DNA of 64,000 nucleotides from Candidatus Poribacteria bacterium (GTDB taxonomy: Bacteria > Poribacteria > WGA-4E > WGA-3G): positions 1,759,874 through 1,823,873 of the forward strand of contig CAXXUA010000005.1 in the NCBI GenBank assembly GCA_963663765.2. The letters run 5' to 3'. Made by a program: the position numbers and the translations under genes. The notes below the pieces were generated by a model that ran no database searches, was not told the origin of the DNA, and was given only the letters and a program-made list of their open reading frames with translations. Each line of letters begins with the position of its first letter. Position 1 is the first letter of the stretch. This document shows positions 52,608 through 63,782 of the stretch, in pieces.

Positions 52608-53819
52608 TTAATACCGATCCGGATACCAAAAGATGACATCGCGTTTTGGAAACAACACTGCTAAAAAAGCTGAAACTTCCGCTGTAACCGAGGAACTTGA
52701 TTTAACCTGCTCCCACCCAATTTCACCAAACAGTAGTTGCCAAAATTCTTCTTCGCTCAATTCTAAGTTAACTGCATTTGAATCGTTCTCTACGACTTGA
52801 ATTGCATCCTGACCATTGTAACGCAACACCACCTGCTGGTCGTTGACTGATGGCAATTTCACCGCAAGAGATGGAATTGATTCCTTCGCAGCTGCAACCT
52901 GCGACTCCCACCTCACTACAAGCCTACGCAGTAACGTCGATAAACTTACTGCATAGAACATCATTGCACTATCAGAAATTTGTGTGATTTCACCGTTGCA
53001 CTTTGCAGTCAGACGTTCAACAAACACATGCTGTTCTGAAAATATCCCTCTTATTTCCTCAACTCCCTCTGTTACACAGGTTTGCAAAAGGTGTGATATA
53101 AGTGCGTCCACAACTTCAGGATGTTCAGACTTGTATCCTACCTCACGGACTTCAGCACACTTTCCATCTATCTGATAGTTCAGGTATCCACCGATGTCGC
53201 CATTCTGATGGACGACAACAGTAGGGAGGATTCCGCGAATACGAGAAGGTTCCATATCCCAATAGGCACGTGTCCGAGAAATACTCCCACTTTGTTGTGC
53301 GTTCACAACATCATGAATTTTTGCTACTACATCTAAATCGGTTTCTGGATTGAAAACACGAATCTGCCAAGAAGATTGACTATCCAATCTTGACGAAGAA
53401 TTACATTTTATTTGAAAACCTTTTAGCGGAAAGGATATCCATCCTAATCTGTGATAATATTCCTCTGGTATGATTGTAAACAACACACCAAGATCGTATC
53501 CTCTTGTTTTTAGATAACCGATAGTATGCCGCATAAGTGCAGATGCATACCCAACCCCACGATATTTTGGATGTGTGCAGACACCCCCGATGCCACCCAT
53601 CGTCACAAGGGACGCACCAACACGTAGCCTCCGTTCCCACACACGCAATGTTGAAACAACCTTATCATTGACAACAACCACTCGAGTTTGTGATAACCTG
53701 TAGCTGCTATCCCCTCTGAGATACTGCCAATAACGTTCGTGCTGTCCCGGATTGAACGCGATACAGTTTAGTTCAACGACCTGCGCCAATTCTGATTCAC
53801 GTGCTGCTCGAATTTCCAT
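52608..53819 (-). CDS. Eis-like tandem GNAT acetyltransferase
   Basis: GGIGGVCTHPKYRGVGYASALM, YYHRLGW, second GNAT module and SCP2-like tail. Confidence 0.85.
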   Translation of the reverse strand: MEIRAARESELAQVVELNCIAFNPGQHERYWQYLRGDSSYRLSQTRVVVVNDKVVSTLRVWERRLRVGASLVTMGGIGGVCTHPKYRGVGYASALMRHTIGYLKTRGYDLGVLFTIIPEEYYHRLGWISFPLKGFQIKCNSSSRLDSQSSWQIRVFNPETDLDVVAKIHDVVNAQQSGSISRTRAYWDMEPSRIRGILPTVVVHQNGDIGGYLNYQIDGKCAEVREVGYKSEHPEVVDALISHLLQTCVTEGVEEIRGIFSEQHVFVERLTAKCNGEITQISDSAMMFYAVSLSTLLRRLVVRWESQVAAAKESIPSLAVKLPSVNDQQVVLRYNGQDAIQVVENDSNAVNLELSEEEFWQLLFGEIGWEQVKSSSSVTAEVSAFLAVLFPKRDVIFWYPDRY

Positions 53820-53838
53820 GTTCTTATCCTAACGCCAT

Positions 53839-54888
53839 CTACTGCATTGTAAAGATCACGCCTAAAGCTTCATTTGGGGTTTGGATCAGTTTTTCGCAAC
53901 CGTCTGCTGCTTTGTCAATCGGAACAATATCAGTGATTAAAGCTTCAACATTGATTTTTCCTTCTGACATGCAACGTAGTGCTAATTCCAAGTTGCGTTG
54001 CGTAGGAAACTGCACAAACACTGGCGGGTAATCCGCACCGTGTTCATAATCCTCATCGTGGTAACCCGGACCCGTACGTGCCGCACTGATAACATCAACA
54101 TTCCCAAGTCCTCCTGCAAATCCGTGCGTAATACTCGCACCTCCGACAATGACAATCCGTCCATATCGATGCATATCTGGGGCTAACTTCAACATTGCAC
54201 GTATCTGTTCAAAAGCACTCGAAGCATCTCCACCGAATGCTATAATCCCACAATCCATACCGTAGTCTCGTGTAAATTCCTTAGCAATCGGAATCGGGTC
54301 TGTTTCAGACACGTTAATTGCGAGGTCTATACCAGCTTTTTCTGCAATGCTTATCCGTAATGGCAGCCTATCTAAACCGATAACATAGGCACCAGCGGTC
54401 TTAGCTATTTGACATGCAAATTGTCCGACAATACCCAATCCTACAACAACAACGTTTTCACCGATACGGATACGTCCACGTTGCACAGCGTGTAACGCAG
54501 TTGCTGCGAGGTGAATAGATGCTGCTTCTTCATATTTGACGTTATCAGGAATCTTAGCACACAAGTTATGTGGCACACAAGCATACGTGGCATGTAGCGC
54601 GTAGCCACCTCCCATGCCTGCAACTCTGTCCCCAATCTCAAATTCGTCACAATCCCCTTCCTTGCCGATAACAACACCTGCGTTGGTATATCCGAATGGA
54701 CGTTGCTGTGTTGCATCTCCCGGATTTTCCCGTCTCCGTTTCATACCACCAAGTTCTGTTCCTGGACTGACCAAAGAGGCGTGAACCTCAATTAGCAGTT
54801 GCCCCGGTTTCGGTGTGGGTGTTTCCTGTTCTACTGTCAAGATTTGTCCTGCATTACTTTTCATCACAACTTTTCTTGTTTTGCTCAT
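53839..54888 (-). CDS. Medium-chain (zinc-type) alcohol dehydrogenase family protein
   Basis: SLVSPGTE, GY.NAG.V, VVGLGIVGQ Rossmann motif. Confidence 0.85.
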   Translation of the reverse strand: MSKTRKVVMKSNAGQILTVEQETPTPKPGQLLIEVHASLVSPGTELGGMKRRRENPGDATQQRPFGYTNAGVVIGKEGDCDEFEIGDRVAGMGGGYALHATYACVPHNLCAKIPDNVKYEEAASIHLAATALHAVQRGRIRIGENVVVVGLGIVGQFACQIAKTAGAYVIGLDRLPLRISIAEKAGIDLAINVSETDPIPIAKEFTRDYGMDCGIIAFGGDASSAFEQIRAMLKLAPDMHRYGRIVIVGGASITHGFAGGLGNVDVISAARTGPGYHDEDYEHGADYPPVFVQFPTQRNLELALRCMSEGKINVEALITDIVPIDKAADGCEKLIQTPNEALGVIFTMQ

Positions 54889-54907
54889 ACATGTTCCTCA
54901 TTATATT

Positions 54908-55863
54908 GGTAGGAGCGACCTCCCGGTCGCGACCGTATGGATACATTCCCCTATTGGTAGGAGCAACCCTCCCGGTCGCGACCGTATGGACTTGGTAGGA
55001 GCAACCTCCTGCTCGCGACCGTATTGATATATTTCCCTCTTGGTAGGAGCAACCTCCTGCTCGCGACCGTATTGATATATTTCCCTCTTGGTAGGAGCGA
55101 CCTCCCGGTCGCGACCGTATGGACTTGGTAGGAGCAACCTCCTGGTCGCGACCGTATTGATACATTTCCCCTCTTGGTAGGAGCGACCTCCTGGTCGCGA
55201 CCGTATGGACTTGGTAGGAGCCACCTCCTGCTCGCGACCGTATTGACTTGGTAGGAGCAACCTCCTCGTCACGACCGTATTGATACATTTCCATCTTGGT
55301 AGGAGCGACCTCCCGGTCGCGACCGTATTGACTTGGTAGGAGCAACCTCCTGCTCAAGACCGTATTGACTTGGTAGGAGCAACCTCCTGCTCGCTACCGA
55401 ATTGACTTGGTAGGAGCGACCTCCTGGTCGCGACCGTATTGATACATTTCCCTATTGGTAGGAGCAACCTCCTGCTCGCGACCGTATGGATACATTTCCC
55501 TATATTGGTAGGAGCAACCTCCTCGTCACGACCGTATGGATACATTTCCCTATATTGGTAGGAGCGACCTCCTGGTCGCGACCGTATGGATACATTCCCC
55601 TATTGGTAGGAGCAACCTCCTGGTCCCGACCGTATGGACACATTTCCCCTATTGGTAGGAGCGACCTCCTGGTCCCGACCGTATTGATACATTGTGTCCA
55701 TACGGTCGCGACCAGGAGGTCGCTCCTACCAAGAAGAGGGGAAATGATGCATAAAAAACACATTCCGTGTTTTCTACGTCCTCTGTGATTCAGACAAAAT
55801 CCGGAAGACTCGTGTTTTATCCGCGTAATCTGCAATTCTGTCTGTAAAAAACTTTACACACCC
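54908..55863. repeat. Tandem array of GGTAGGAGC(G/A)ACCTCC(C/T)GGTCGCGACCGT REPs ending in an ISKra4-like terminus
   Basis: About 17 direct copies plus one inverted copy (about 55700-55730); AAAACTTTACACACCC at 55848-55863. Confidence 0.85.
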
Positions 55864-56069
55864 ATTCTTTTATCAGTAGTAGTTCTCAACTTTAATTATA
55901 TTTTAGTCTATTTAGTTTTTGTTGTCAAATCAACAAGGATCATTGGGTGCGTACAGAAGGAAAATCCCCGATGCAAAGTAGATTGTTTTCAATGGCAAAA
56001 CAATCGCAACTGCCGGTCGGTATACCGTCCATCTATGGGATGTGAACACAGGTTACCTCCGAAAACTCA

Positions 56070-58562
56070 TCAGTTATTGATGCTATTTCTGTTTGGTAAA
56101 ACAGCATACCAAAACCAACATCGTTTTCCGTCTGTTTTCAACGTAATTGCACCCAGTTGATCTGTGCGTAGTTGCGCACAGTTTCTTTCCTGATACCGCG
56201 CAACGACTTCTGCATGCGGTAATTGAAACTGATTCCTTTGCCCCAAAGAAAAGATGGCATAATGCGGTTGAACAGCATTCAAGAACGATGAGCTGCTTGA
56301 GGTACGGCTGCCGTGATGCGGTGCTTTTATAACTTCCGAGTGCAAATCCTGCTGAGATTCAATCAATCGGTTTTCAGCTTTCGTTTCAATATCACCGGTG
56401 AATAAGATGTCTACTTCACCATAGCTGAGTTTTATGACAAGCGAGTCATCGTTCTTATCATTGTCCAATAGATTTGTAGACGCAGCATCAATCGGGTGCA
56501 ACAGATTAAGCGTGGCAGTCGGTGTGAGTTCTATTTCCCCTTTATACGGAAATGCATAGGGAATGTGCTTTGCTTGCGCGACACTACGTATACGTTGATG
56601 CGTCTGGGACTCCAGTGGCATGTCGGGTATCCCAAGCACCTGCTTTACACTAAAGTTTTTCAGGATGTATGCCAGTCCCCCGCCGTGGTCAATGTCTGGA
56701 TGTGTGAGTACCACCAAATCCAGTTCTCGTATGCCGTGTACATCAAGATAAGGTTCAATGATTCGTTTCCCAACACCATATTCAATCTCTCGCTGTCGCT
56801 TTTCATCGTAATAGGAACGTTGGATACCGCCATCAACCAACATAGTTTTCCCATCAGGAAATCTGATAAATGCAGCATCACCCTGTCCCACATCAAGCGT
56901 TACCACTTCTAACAGACGACCTTTTTCATGAAAGGCACCATCCCAAACCCAGACCGCTACAACCGAGAGTGCGATAAGACTTGCAACTCGCCACTGCTGA
57001 TACACGAACCGCCAATGCGTAATGCCTAAACATACCGCAATGTAGAGCACAATGAGACCTAATGTCGGTGGTGTAACCTTCACAATACCCCAGTTCTGCC
57101 CAAAAATGCTGATGAGTTTGAGAAAAATGAAGAAAAGTGCATGGTTGACGAAAGCAAAGAGTTTTGCAAACGGAAGCCAGATAAAACCCATACAAACCGA
57201 TGCCATTCCAACAGCAACGATCAAGGAGACAAGTCCAACTGCAAACGGACCTACGATCATACCGAGTGGATATGCTCTATAGAAATACAAAGCAATGAGT
57301 AGACTTGTGCCAAGCTGCGCAGCAAATGTCACCAGATAGGATAATACCAACCATTTCAGAACGGTGTTTTTGAGTTTGCGTCCAAAACTGACATCATCGG
57401 ATTCCGGAGTTTCCCACATGTGCCGTAAAGATCTCTCCATCTTCGGCACAAAATAGACAATGGCAGTTACCGCAACAAACGAGAGTTGAAACCCGACATC
57501 CCACACCTGTGTCGGGTTCAGTAGGAGCAACGCCAAAGCAGCAACTCCGAGTAGGTTGAAGACATCAGCATCACGATCAATGATGGTTGCAAATAGATAT
57601 AAAATTGCCATGAGTGTAGCACGGAAAACAGATGGACGGAAGCCGACTAAACACGCGTAGATTAGGATTGCGCCAATCGTCAGGAGACAAACCACTTTCT
57701 CAGGAATCCTAAATGATGTACTCGGAATGCGAAACGTTGACAAACCAAGATAACAAAGCAGAGCAATAAGTCCTACATGCAGACCTGACACTGCTAATAC
57801 GTGAAAAGTGCCACTGTTCCGAAAGATTTCCAGCGTTTCTGTTGGTACATCTCCACGTTTTCCAAGTAGGATGCCTTTTAGCAATTGTGCGTGCAGTGCG
57901 TTATCCTCTGTAGACGTAGTTTGTTCCCTTGCATACGCGGTATCAATAATCCGTTCTGTTTTATGGCGGAGTGCTTCTATCCAACGTAACGGAGGAAATC
58001 CTGATTGTTCACCAATGTGCAGCAGTCCTTGATGATCTATAATTCCGGTGACGTTCTTTCGTGCAAGGAAGGCGCGATAATCAAAACCACCCGGATTTCG
58101 TTTTGTATTGGGTTGACGCAAAACGCCTGTGAGCGTGATGTGTTTGCCATATCGGAGTGGAAGAAGATCTTGAAACCTGATGAGAAACTTTGCTGATACT
58201 TGTTGCGATGCGTCTGATAGCAGCTGCACTTGTCCAGTTGCATAACAGGCATCCCATGCTTCACCCCGTTCCGGTTGATAGATGGTTTCACCAGAAAAAC
58301 TAACAGGTTGGTCATAAAAATGTGAAGGGATGACGGGTACGGTGGCAAGTTCCAGTCTCAGCATACCGCAAGCGAACACAGCGACATGCAACAGAACATA
58401 GAAGAGATACTTAACCCGATTTCGCACCAAGATGCTGCCGACAAAGCATATCAACACGGACAGCCATAGCCACAAGATCGGAACTGCTATATACCCGCCT
58501 GTGATGATGCCAAATAGGAACGGGATGAGAAAATAGAGCGCTGGACGCGGTTTGATATTCAC
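56070..58562 (-). CDS. comEC: DNA internalization competence protein ComEC/Rec2
   Basis: RNPGGFDY, G.FHVLAVSGLHV, PSVFRA..M, GFQLSF, LDVGQGD, LTHPDIDH.GG, ND.S.V, APHHGS. Confidence 0.95.
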   Translation of the reverse strand: MNIKPRPALYFLIPFLFGIITGGYIAVPILWLWLSVLICFVGSILVRNRVKYLFYVLLHVAVFACGMLRLELATVPVIPSHFYDQPVSFSGETIYQPERGEAWDACYATGQVQLLSDASQQVSAKFLIRFQDLLPLRYGKHITLTGVLRQPNTKRNPGGFDYRAFLARKNVTGIIDHQGLLHIGEQSGFPPLRWIEALRHKTERIIDTAYAREQTTSTEDNALHAQLLKGILLGKRGDVPTETLEIFRNSGTFHVLAVSGLHVGLIALLCYLGLSTFRIPSTSFRIPEKVVCLLTIGAILIYACLVGFRPSVFRATLMAILYLFATIIDRDADVFNLLGVAALALLLLNPTQVWDVGFQLSFVAVTAIVYFVPKMERSLRHMWETPESDDVSFGRKLKNTVLKWLVLSYLVTFAAQLGTSLLIALYFYRAYPLGMIVGPFAVGLVSLIVAVGMASVCMGFIWLPFAKLFAFVNHALFFIFLKLISIFGQNWGIVKVTPPTLGLIVLYIAVCLGITHWRFVYQQWRVASLIALSVVAVWVWDGAFHEKGRLLEVVTLDVGQGDAAFIRFPDGKTMLVDGGIQRSYYDEKRQREIEYGVGKRIIEPYLDVHGIRELDLVVLTHPDIDHGGGLAYILKNFSVKQVLGIPDMPLESQTHQRIRSVAQAKHIPYAFPYKGEIELTPTATLNLLHPIDAASTNLLDNDKNDDSLVIKLSYGEVDILFTGDIETKAENRLIESQQDLHSEVIKAPHHGSRTSSSSSFLNAVQPHYAIFSLGQRNQFQLPHAEVVARYQERNCAQLRTDQLGAITLKTDGKRCWFWYAVLPNRNSINN

Positions 58563-58729
58563 GACAATTCGTATGATTTCTGTTTACGTCTTAGAACAAG
58601 ATGGAGATTGATGTTATACCATTTCAAATTGATAATGTCTCTTTATTGTAGCACATTCTGCCAGATTGTGCCGTTCACCGCTTCATTTCTAAACAGTCGG
58701 TAATGGGAGAAAATTTAATAGAAATGGCA

Positions 58730-59710
58730 TTATGAACATTGGACAACCTTGCCTGTTTGTGCAGATTGGTATGCGGCAGCTAAGATTGCATTTGCTTTCA
58801 TGCCGTCAATACCGCTTGCAATCGGTGCAATGTCTGTCGCAACGCACTCCGCAAAATGTTCAAATTGGTGTTGATATAGGTCTTCAAATTGGGATGCGAT
58901 AACCTTCTTTTCACCATTGAAGCACGTATGGATTTTCCATCCATCATCGTTGAGAACCGACACTGCGCCTTCCGTACCGTAGAGTTCAAGCACGATGTCG
59001 CAATGTGCAACAGAGAAGCTTAGGTCAGTAAACGCTTGCGCGCCGTTTTGAAACCGCATCAGAATACCACCTGTTTCCTCCACCTGATAATTGTGGATAT
59101 TGCTGTCGCAAAATGCGGTGACTTCTGTGACATCACCGATGAGGTATCGTAACATATCAACGCTATGCGGTCCTAAGTCCATCATACACCCGCCACCGCC
59201 TTTGTCCGGTTGTGCGCGCCATTCGTCGCCGGACAAAAGGTATTTTTTGAGAAACGGCATCCTGCCATGCACTATCTGCCCAAGTTTTCCTTCTTTAACC
59301 CACGTTCTGATTTGCTGAAAGCAGGAGTGAAATCGAAATAGCAGGCAAACCTGCAGATGTACACCGTTCGCGTCACATGCGACGATCATCCGTTTGCATT
59401 CTTCGGTGGTGAGTGCCATCGGTTTGTCGCAGAGGACGTGCAGTCCGCGTTCTGCAGCGGCAACGACCTGTTCACAATGGAGATTAACAGGTGTTGAGAC
59501 ATAGATTGCATTGATATCGGTGTCTGCAAGTATGTCGTCAACACTACTGTATGCTTTTGTTGCGTTGTGTTCATTTGCGAGTTGCTGTGCGCGTGATGCG
59601 TTTCGTGAGAAGAGTGCGTGGAGTTCTGCCCCTGACGCTTTGTGGATCGCGGGCATGGCTCGACGTTGCGCGACACTGCCTGCACCGAGAACACCCCATT
59701 TTAATGTCAT
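58730..59710 (-). CDS. Gfo/Idh/MocA family oxidoreductase
   Basis: WGVLGAG, YVSTP..LH, HVLCDKP, GGG..MDLGPH..D. Confidence 0.9.
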   Translation of the reverse strand: MTLKWGVLGAGSVAQRRAMPAIHKASGAELHALFSRNASRAQQLANEHNATKAYSSVDDILADTDINAIYVSTPVNLHCEQVVAAAERGLHVLCDKPMALTTEECKRMIVACDANGVHLQVCLLFRFHSCFQQIRTWVKEGKLGQIVHGRMPFLKKYLLSGDEWRAQPDKGGGGCMMDLGPHSVDMLRYLIGDVTEVTAFCDSNIHNYQVEETGGILMRFQNGAQAFTDLSFSVAHCDIVLELYGTEGAVSVLNDDGWKIHTCFNGEKKVIASQFEDLYQHQFEHFAECVATDIAPIASGIDGMKANAILAAAYQSAQTGKVVQCS

Positions 59711-59754
59711 TATATTGTTGCTCCATAGTTGATAATTATTGATTGTAATAATAC

Positions 59755-60597
59755 CAGGACTTACGCATTATAGTGGATTTTAGAATTATTTTTACACTTT
59801 CAGGTGTAGGAGGGAACTCCGATTCCCGACTATCAAAACGTTCAGTCGCGATTCGGAGATCGACCCTACAGAAAAAGTGTAAACTTAGTTGTATATTTCA
59901 CTATAAATGGTAGGCGTGCTTTGTAAGCGCGCCGGAAACCGAAAAAATACTGAAATTACATCATTCTTGCCATAATTGAAGTCTTGTGTATTGTGTGTAT
60001 TGTAGGAGGGAACTCCGATTCCCGACTATCAAGACGTTCAGTCGCAATTCGGAGATCGCTCCTACAGAACAAGTGTAAACTTAGTTGTATATTTCACTAT
60101 AAATGGTAGGCGTGCTTTGTAAGCGCGCCGGAAACCGAAAAAATACTGAAATTACATCATTCTTGCCATAATTGAAGTCTTGTGTATTGTGTGTATTGTA
60201 GGAGGGAACTCCGATTCCCGACTATCAAGACGTTCAGTCGCAATTCGGAGATCGCTCCTACAGAACAAGTGTAAACTTAGTTGTATATTTCACTATAAAT
60301 GGTAGGCGTGCTTTGTAAGCGCGCCGGAAACCGAAAAAATACTGAAATTACATCATTCTTGCCATAATTGAAGTCTTGTGTATTGTGTGTATTGTAGGAG
60401 GGAACTCCGATTCCCGACTATCAAGACGTTCAGTCGCGATTCGGAGATCGACCCTACAGAAAAAGTGTAAACTTAATTGTATATTTCACTATAAATGGTA
60501 GGCGTGCTTTGTAAGCGCGCTGGAAACCGAAAAAATACTGAAATTACATCATTCTTGCCATAATTCTTGATTATTTATGAAAATTGCGTAAGTCCTG
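59755..60597. mobile_element. CAGGACTTACGCA-ended composite MITE with 196-bp internal tandem amplification
   Basis: Perfect 13-bp TIRs; internal unit recurs at 59909, 60105, 60301 and 60497. Confidence 0.8.
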
Positions 60598-60611
60598 TAA
60601 TAAAAGATACC

Positions 60612-61379
60612 TTAACTAAACAGTAGATAGATGCCGGTTGCGAAGAGGACGATTAACACGATTCTGGAAAAGTTGCGTTCTGAAAAACGATTGTTTAGGA
60701 AGACACCGACTTGCACACCGAGTGCAACAAATGGCAGCAGTGCTATTGCTTCTACGATGATTTCACCAGAAAACAATCCGAGTTGGAAATAAGCAGGTAT
60801 CTTTGCCAGATTGATAAAGAAGTAGAGTAATGTCGTTGTTGCGACGAATGTGCGGTTACCTAACCTTTGCGGTAACAGATACATGACGATGACCGGTCCC
60901 GCCATGTGTGCAAACGTTGAAAAGATGCCAGCGATGATACCTAATATCATACCATGCCATACTTTGTAATGTATTGCTGGTGTTAGTCCCGGTAACAGGT
61001 CTGGGGCATCTGTATCAATGCGTTGTCTTATACGTATCCGGACAAATTCTAACACTGCAAAAAAACAGGCTATACCCCCAATGATTTTCTTTAGATGTAC
61101 ATCTGATATATCTTTTAGGATGAAACTTGCGATCGTGATGCCGATGATTGCCCCGGGAACGATACGCCATATACTTTGACGATGCCACTGTTTCCAGTAA
61201 TGTCCGAACGAGATTACATCTGTTGAAAAGAGTAGCGGGAGCATGAGTGCAATGACGTTTGTTGCGGGTCGTATTTGAGTGAATAGCGGAACAACTATCA
61301 TGCCGACCCCGCCACCGAACCCAGCTTTACTAACGCCTGTTAGCCATGTCCCAAAACATAGAATAATGATTTCGTAGAT
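60612..61379 (-). CDS. Sulfite exporter TauE/SafE family membrane protein
   Basis: G..K.GFGGG, GI.AG..ST.AH.AGP, multiple TM helices. The upstream part of the predicted ORF is repeat-derived; start placed at ATC 61379 after AGGAG (alternative TTG 61406). Confidence 0.85.
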   Translation of the reverse strand: MYEIIILCFGTWLTGVSKAGFGGGVGMIVVPLFTQIRPATNVIALMLPLLFSTDVISFGHYWKQWHRQSIWRIVPGAIIGITIASFILKDISDVHLKKIIGGIACFFAVLEFVRIRIRQRIDTDAPDLLPGLTPAIHYKVWHGMILGIIAGIFSTFAHMAGPVIVMYLLPQRLGNRTFVATTTLLYFFINLAKIPAYFQLGLFSGEIIVEAIALLPFVALGVQVGVFLNNRFSERNFSRIVLIVLFATGIYLLFS

Positions 61380-61418
61380 AAGGTTTCTCCTAATTCTGTT
61401 TGACAAGTTGTGTGATTT

Positions 61419-61447
61419 ATGATAATGGAATTTGTCGGTTTTGTCAA
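61419..61447 (-). promoter_or_regulatory. sigma70-type promoter for the TauE gene
   Basis: TTGACA (61447-61442), 17 nt, TATCAT (61424-61419) on the minus strand. Confidence 0.55.
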
Positions 61448-61459
61448 GATGGTTGTTTG

Positions 61460-62864
61460 ACGTGCTTTGTAAGCGCACTCCCCTGCAGGCGCCCCCCAAC
61501 TGCAGGCGTGCTTTGTAAGCGCGCCATCCCCCCACTCAACTGCAGGCACCCCGCACTGCAGGCGTGCTTTGTAAGCGCGCCATCCCCCACTCTCAACTGC
61601 TGGCGCACCCCAACTGCAGGCGTGCTTTGTAAGCGCGCCATCCCCGCCCTCAACTGCTGGCGCACCCCAACTGCAGGCGTGCTTTGTAAGCGCGCCCCGT
61701 AGGAAACCGAATTTTACGCATCAATTTTAGATTATTGAAAAATGAATATCGCTCTTTAGTCCCGTAGGGACGATATGTTTATAGATAACGAATACCCTCC
61801 CCAGATCTTTAGTCCCGTAGGGACGATATGTTTATAGATAACGAATACCCTCCCCAGATCTTTAGTCCCGTAGGGACGATATGTTTATAGAAAACGAATA
61901 CCCTCCCCAGATCTTTAGTGGTTTTCTTGCTATGTATTTATTGTATGTTTCCATTGATGATCTCCTACTTAAACAGATGACTACTGGGTTCTTCAGCATT
62001 GGACTTTTATATTATGCTAAAATTAATTGCCGAAAGAACCATTTAGTCCCGTAGGGACGATATGTTTATAGAAAACGAATACCCTCCCCAGATCTTTAGT
62101 CCCATAGGGACGATATGTTTATAGATAACGAATACCCTCCCCAGATCTTTAGTCCCGTAGGGACGATATGTTTATTCTTCTATGCCGTTCCTACGGAACT
62201 CAAGAGAGGGTGATTACACCTATCTATAAACATTGCGTCCCTACGGGACTAAAGAGAACAAAAGTTAGTACCTCTGTGCAAAAACTTTACACACCCATAC
62301 CGTTGATTTGGTGCATTGTAAGCGCGCCCCGCACTCAACTGCAGGCGTGCTTTGTAAGCGCGCCATCCCCACCCTCAACTGCTGGCGCACCCCAACTGCA
62401 GGCGTGCTTTGTAAGCGAGCCATCCCCACCCTCAACTGCTGGCGCACCCCAACTGCAGGCGTGCTTTGTAAGCGCGCCATCCCCGCCCTCAACTGCTGGC
62501 GCACCCCACTGCAGGCGTGCTTTGTAAGCGCGCCCCGTAGGAAACCGAATTTTACGCATCAATTTTAATTTATTGAAAACTGAATATCGCTCTTTAGTCC
62601 CGACAAATGCCATACGCGCATTTGGCGTTGATTTGGTAGGGACGATATGTTTATAGATAACGAATACCCTCCCCAGATCTTTAGTCCCGTAGGAACGATA
62701 TGTTTATTCTTCTATACCGTTCCTACGGAACTCAAGAGGGGGAGATAACATCTTTCTATAAACATATCGTCCCTACGGGACTAAAGACATGGAGAAGATG
62801 GTATCACATAAAATTAACGACATAGCAAAATATTATCAAAAATATTGAAAACTAAATAACCCTG
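61460..62864. repeat. Composite REP/MITE block (two related halves) ending in an ISAs1-type terminus
   Basis: GCAGGCGTGCTTTGTAAGCGCGCC and AGTCCCGTAGGGAC units; ISKra4-like end at about 62296 and ISAs1-like end at 62864. Confidence 0.85.
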
Positions 62865-62881
62865 AGTCAGACCCAATAAAT

Positions 62882-62910
62882 TTGACATCTATACTCTGAT
62901 GTGATATACT
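62882..62910 (+). promoter_or_regulatory. sigma70 promoter of rpsU
   Basis: TTGACA-17 nt-TATACT with extended -10 TG. Confidence 0.75.
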
Positions 62911-62953
62911 AATGTAGGAAATTTGTAGTAAATTTTATAAGGAGGGATGTATT

Positions 62954-63175
62954 ATGGTTCAAGTTGAAGTAACAGTAGATTCTGGTGAATCTTTTGATAG
63001 GGCACTTTCTCGTTTTAAGAAGTTGTGTGGCAAAGCGGGGGTTGTCACAGAAATAAAAAAGCGGAGTTTCTATGAAAAACCGAGTGAGAAACGTCGTCGA
63101 ATTGAGTTGAAACGTCAGCGGAAAGTCAAACCACGCACGACAGAGTATCGTCCACGCTATGATCACAGCAGATAA
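62954..63175 (+). CDS. rpsU: 30S ribosomal protein S21
   Basis: ESFDRALSRFKK...G...E.KKR.FYEKPSEKRR; AAGGAGG RBS. Confidence 0.95.
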   Translation: MVQVEVTVDSGESFDRALSRFKKLCGKAGVVTEIKKRSFYEKPSEKRRRIELKRQRKVKPRTTEYRPRYDHSR

Positions 63176-63198
63176 AGCAGTTCCAGGAGGTATTTTAT

Positions 63199-63726
63199 AT
63201 GTATGTTGGGGATGTTGTGGAACCTGATGGAAACTATAAAGGTCTTTTAATTCAATATTGCCAAGAACGCGGTTTAAGCCATCCGCAGTTTTCAGAAACG
63301 CAACATGGCACGCCAGATGCACCGAGTTGGAAGGTTACAGTCGTCTATGGAGATCGGGTACACGAGACGGCGGAACCGATTCCGGGTGCGAAAAAAGGGG
63401 CGCATCAATTAGCCGCGAAACAGATACTTGAGACGATCCATGAGAACCGGGAACGTTTGTTAGATGGAGAGATTGACACACAAACGGACAAAGACACAGA
63501 AACATTAGAGATACCACCGCTTGAAACACCGATTGAGGTTGCATTACCCCTTGTTACCAGTGCGTTGACGGTGGCGAATGAACGTCTCGGTACGGCGCAA
63601 CCTTCACGATACCGATCGGTTTCGGATGCCGAATACTCACGGAAATTAGCGCAGTTGACCATGCGAATTGTAAAAGATTTGGTAAAGGCGGCGGATGAAG
63701 CGAATATAGAGTTTCCTCAATTCTAA
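63199..63726 (+). CDS. Stand-alone double-stranded RNA-binding domain protein
   Basis: NYKGLL.QYCQ..GL..P.F.....G..DAP.W.V.V...G.KK.A.Q.AA..IL (dsRBD consensus). Confidence 0.75.
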   Translation: MYVGDVVEPDGNYKGLLIQYCQERGLSHPQFSETQHGTPDAPSWKVTVVYGDRVHETAEPIPGAKKGAHQLAAKQILETIHENRERLLDGEIDTQTDKDTETLEIPPLETPIEVALPLVTSALTVANERLGTAQPSRYRSVSDAEYSRKLAQLTMRIVKDLVKAADEANIEFPQF

Positions 63727-63742
63727 GACAAAGAAGTGATAG

Positions 63743-63771
63743 CGGGGTCAGCAGTCTGACCCCGTTTTTTT
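63743..63771 (+). terminator. Rho-independent terminator
   Basis: CGGGGTCAG-CAGT-CTGACCCCG followed by a T7 run. Confidence 0.85.
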
Positions 63772-63782
63772 ATAATCTAAAC

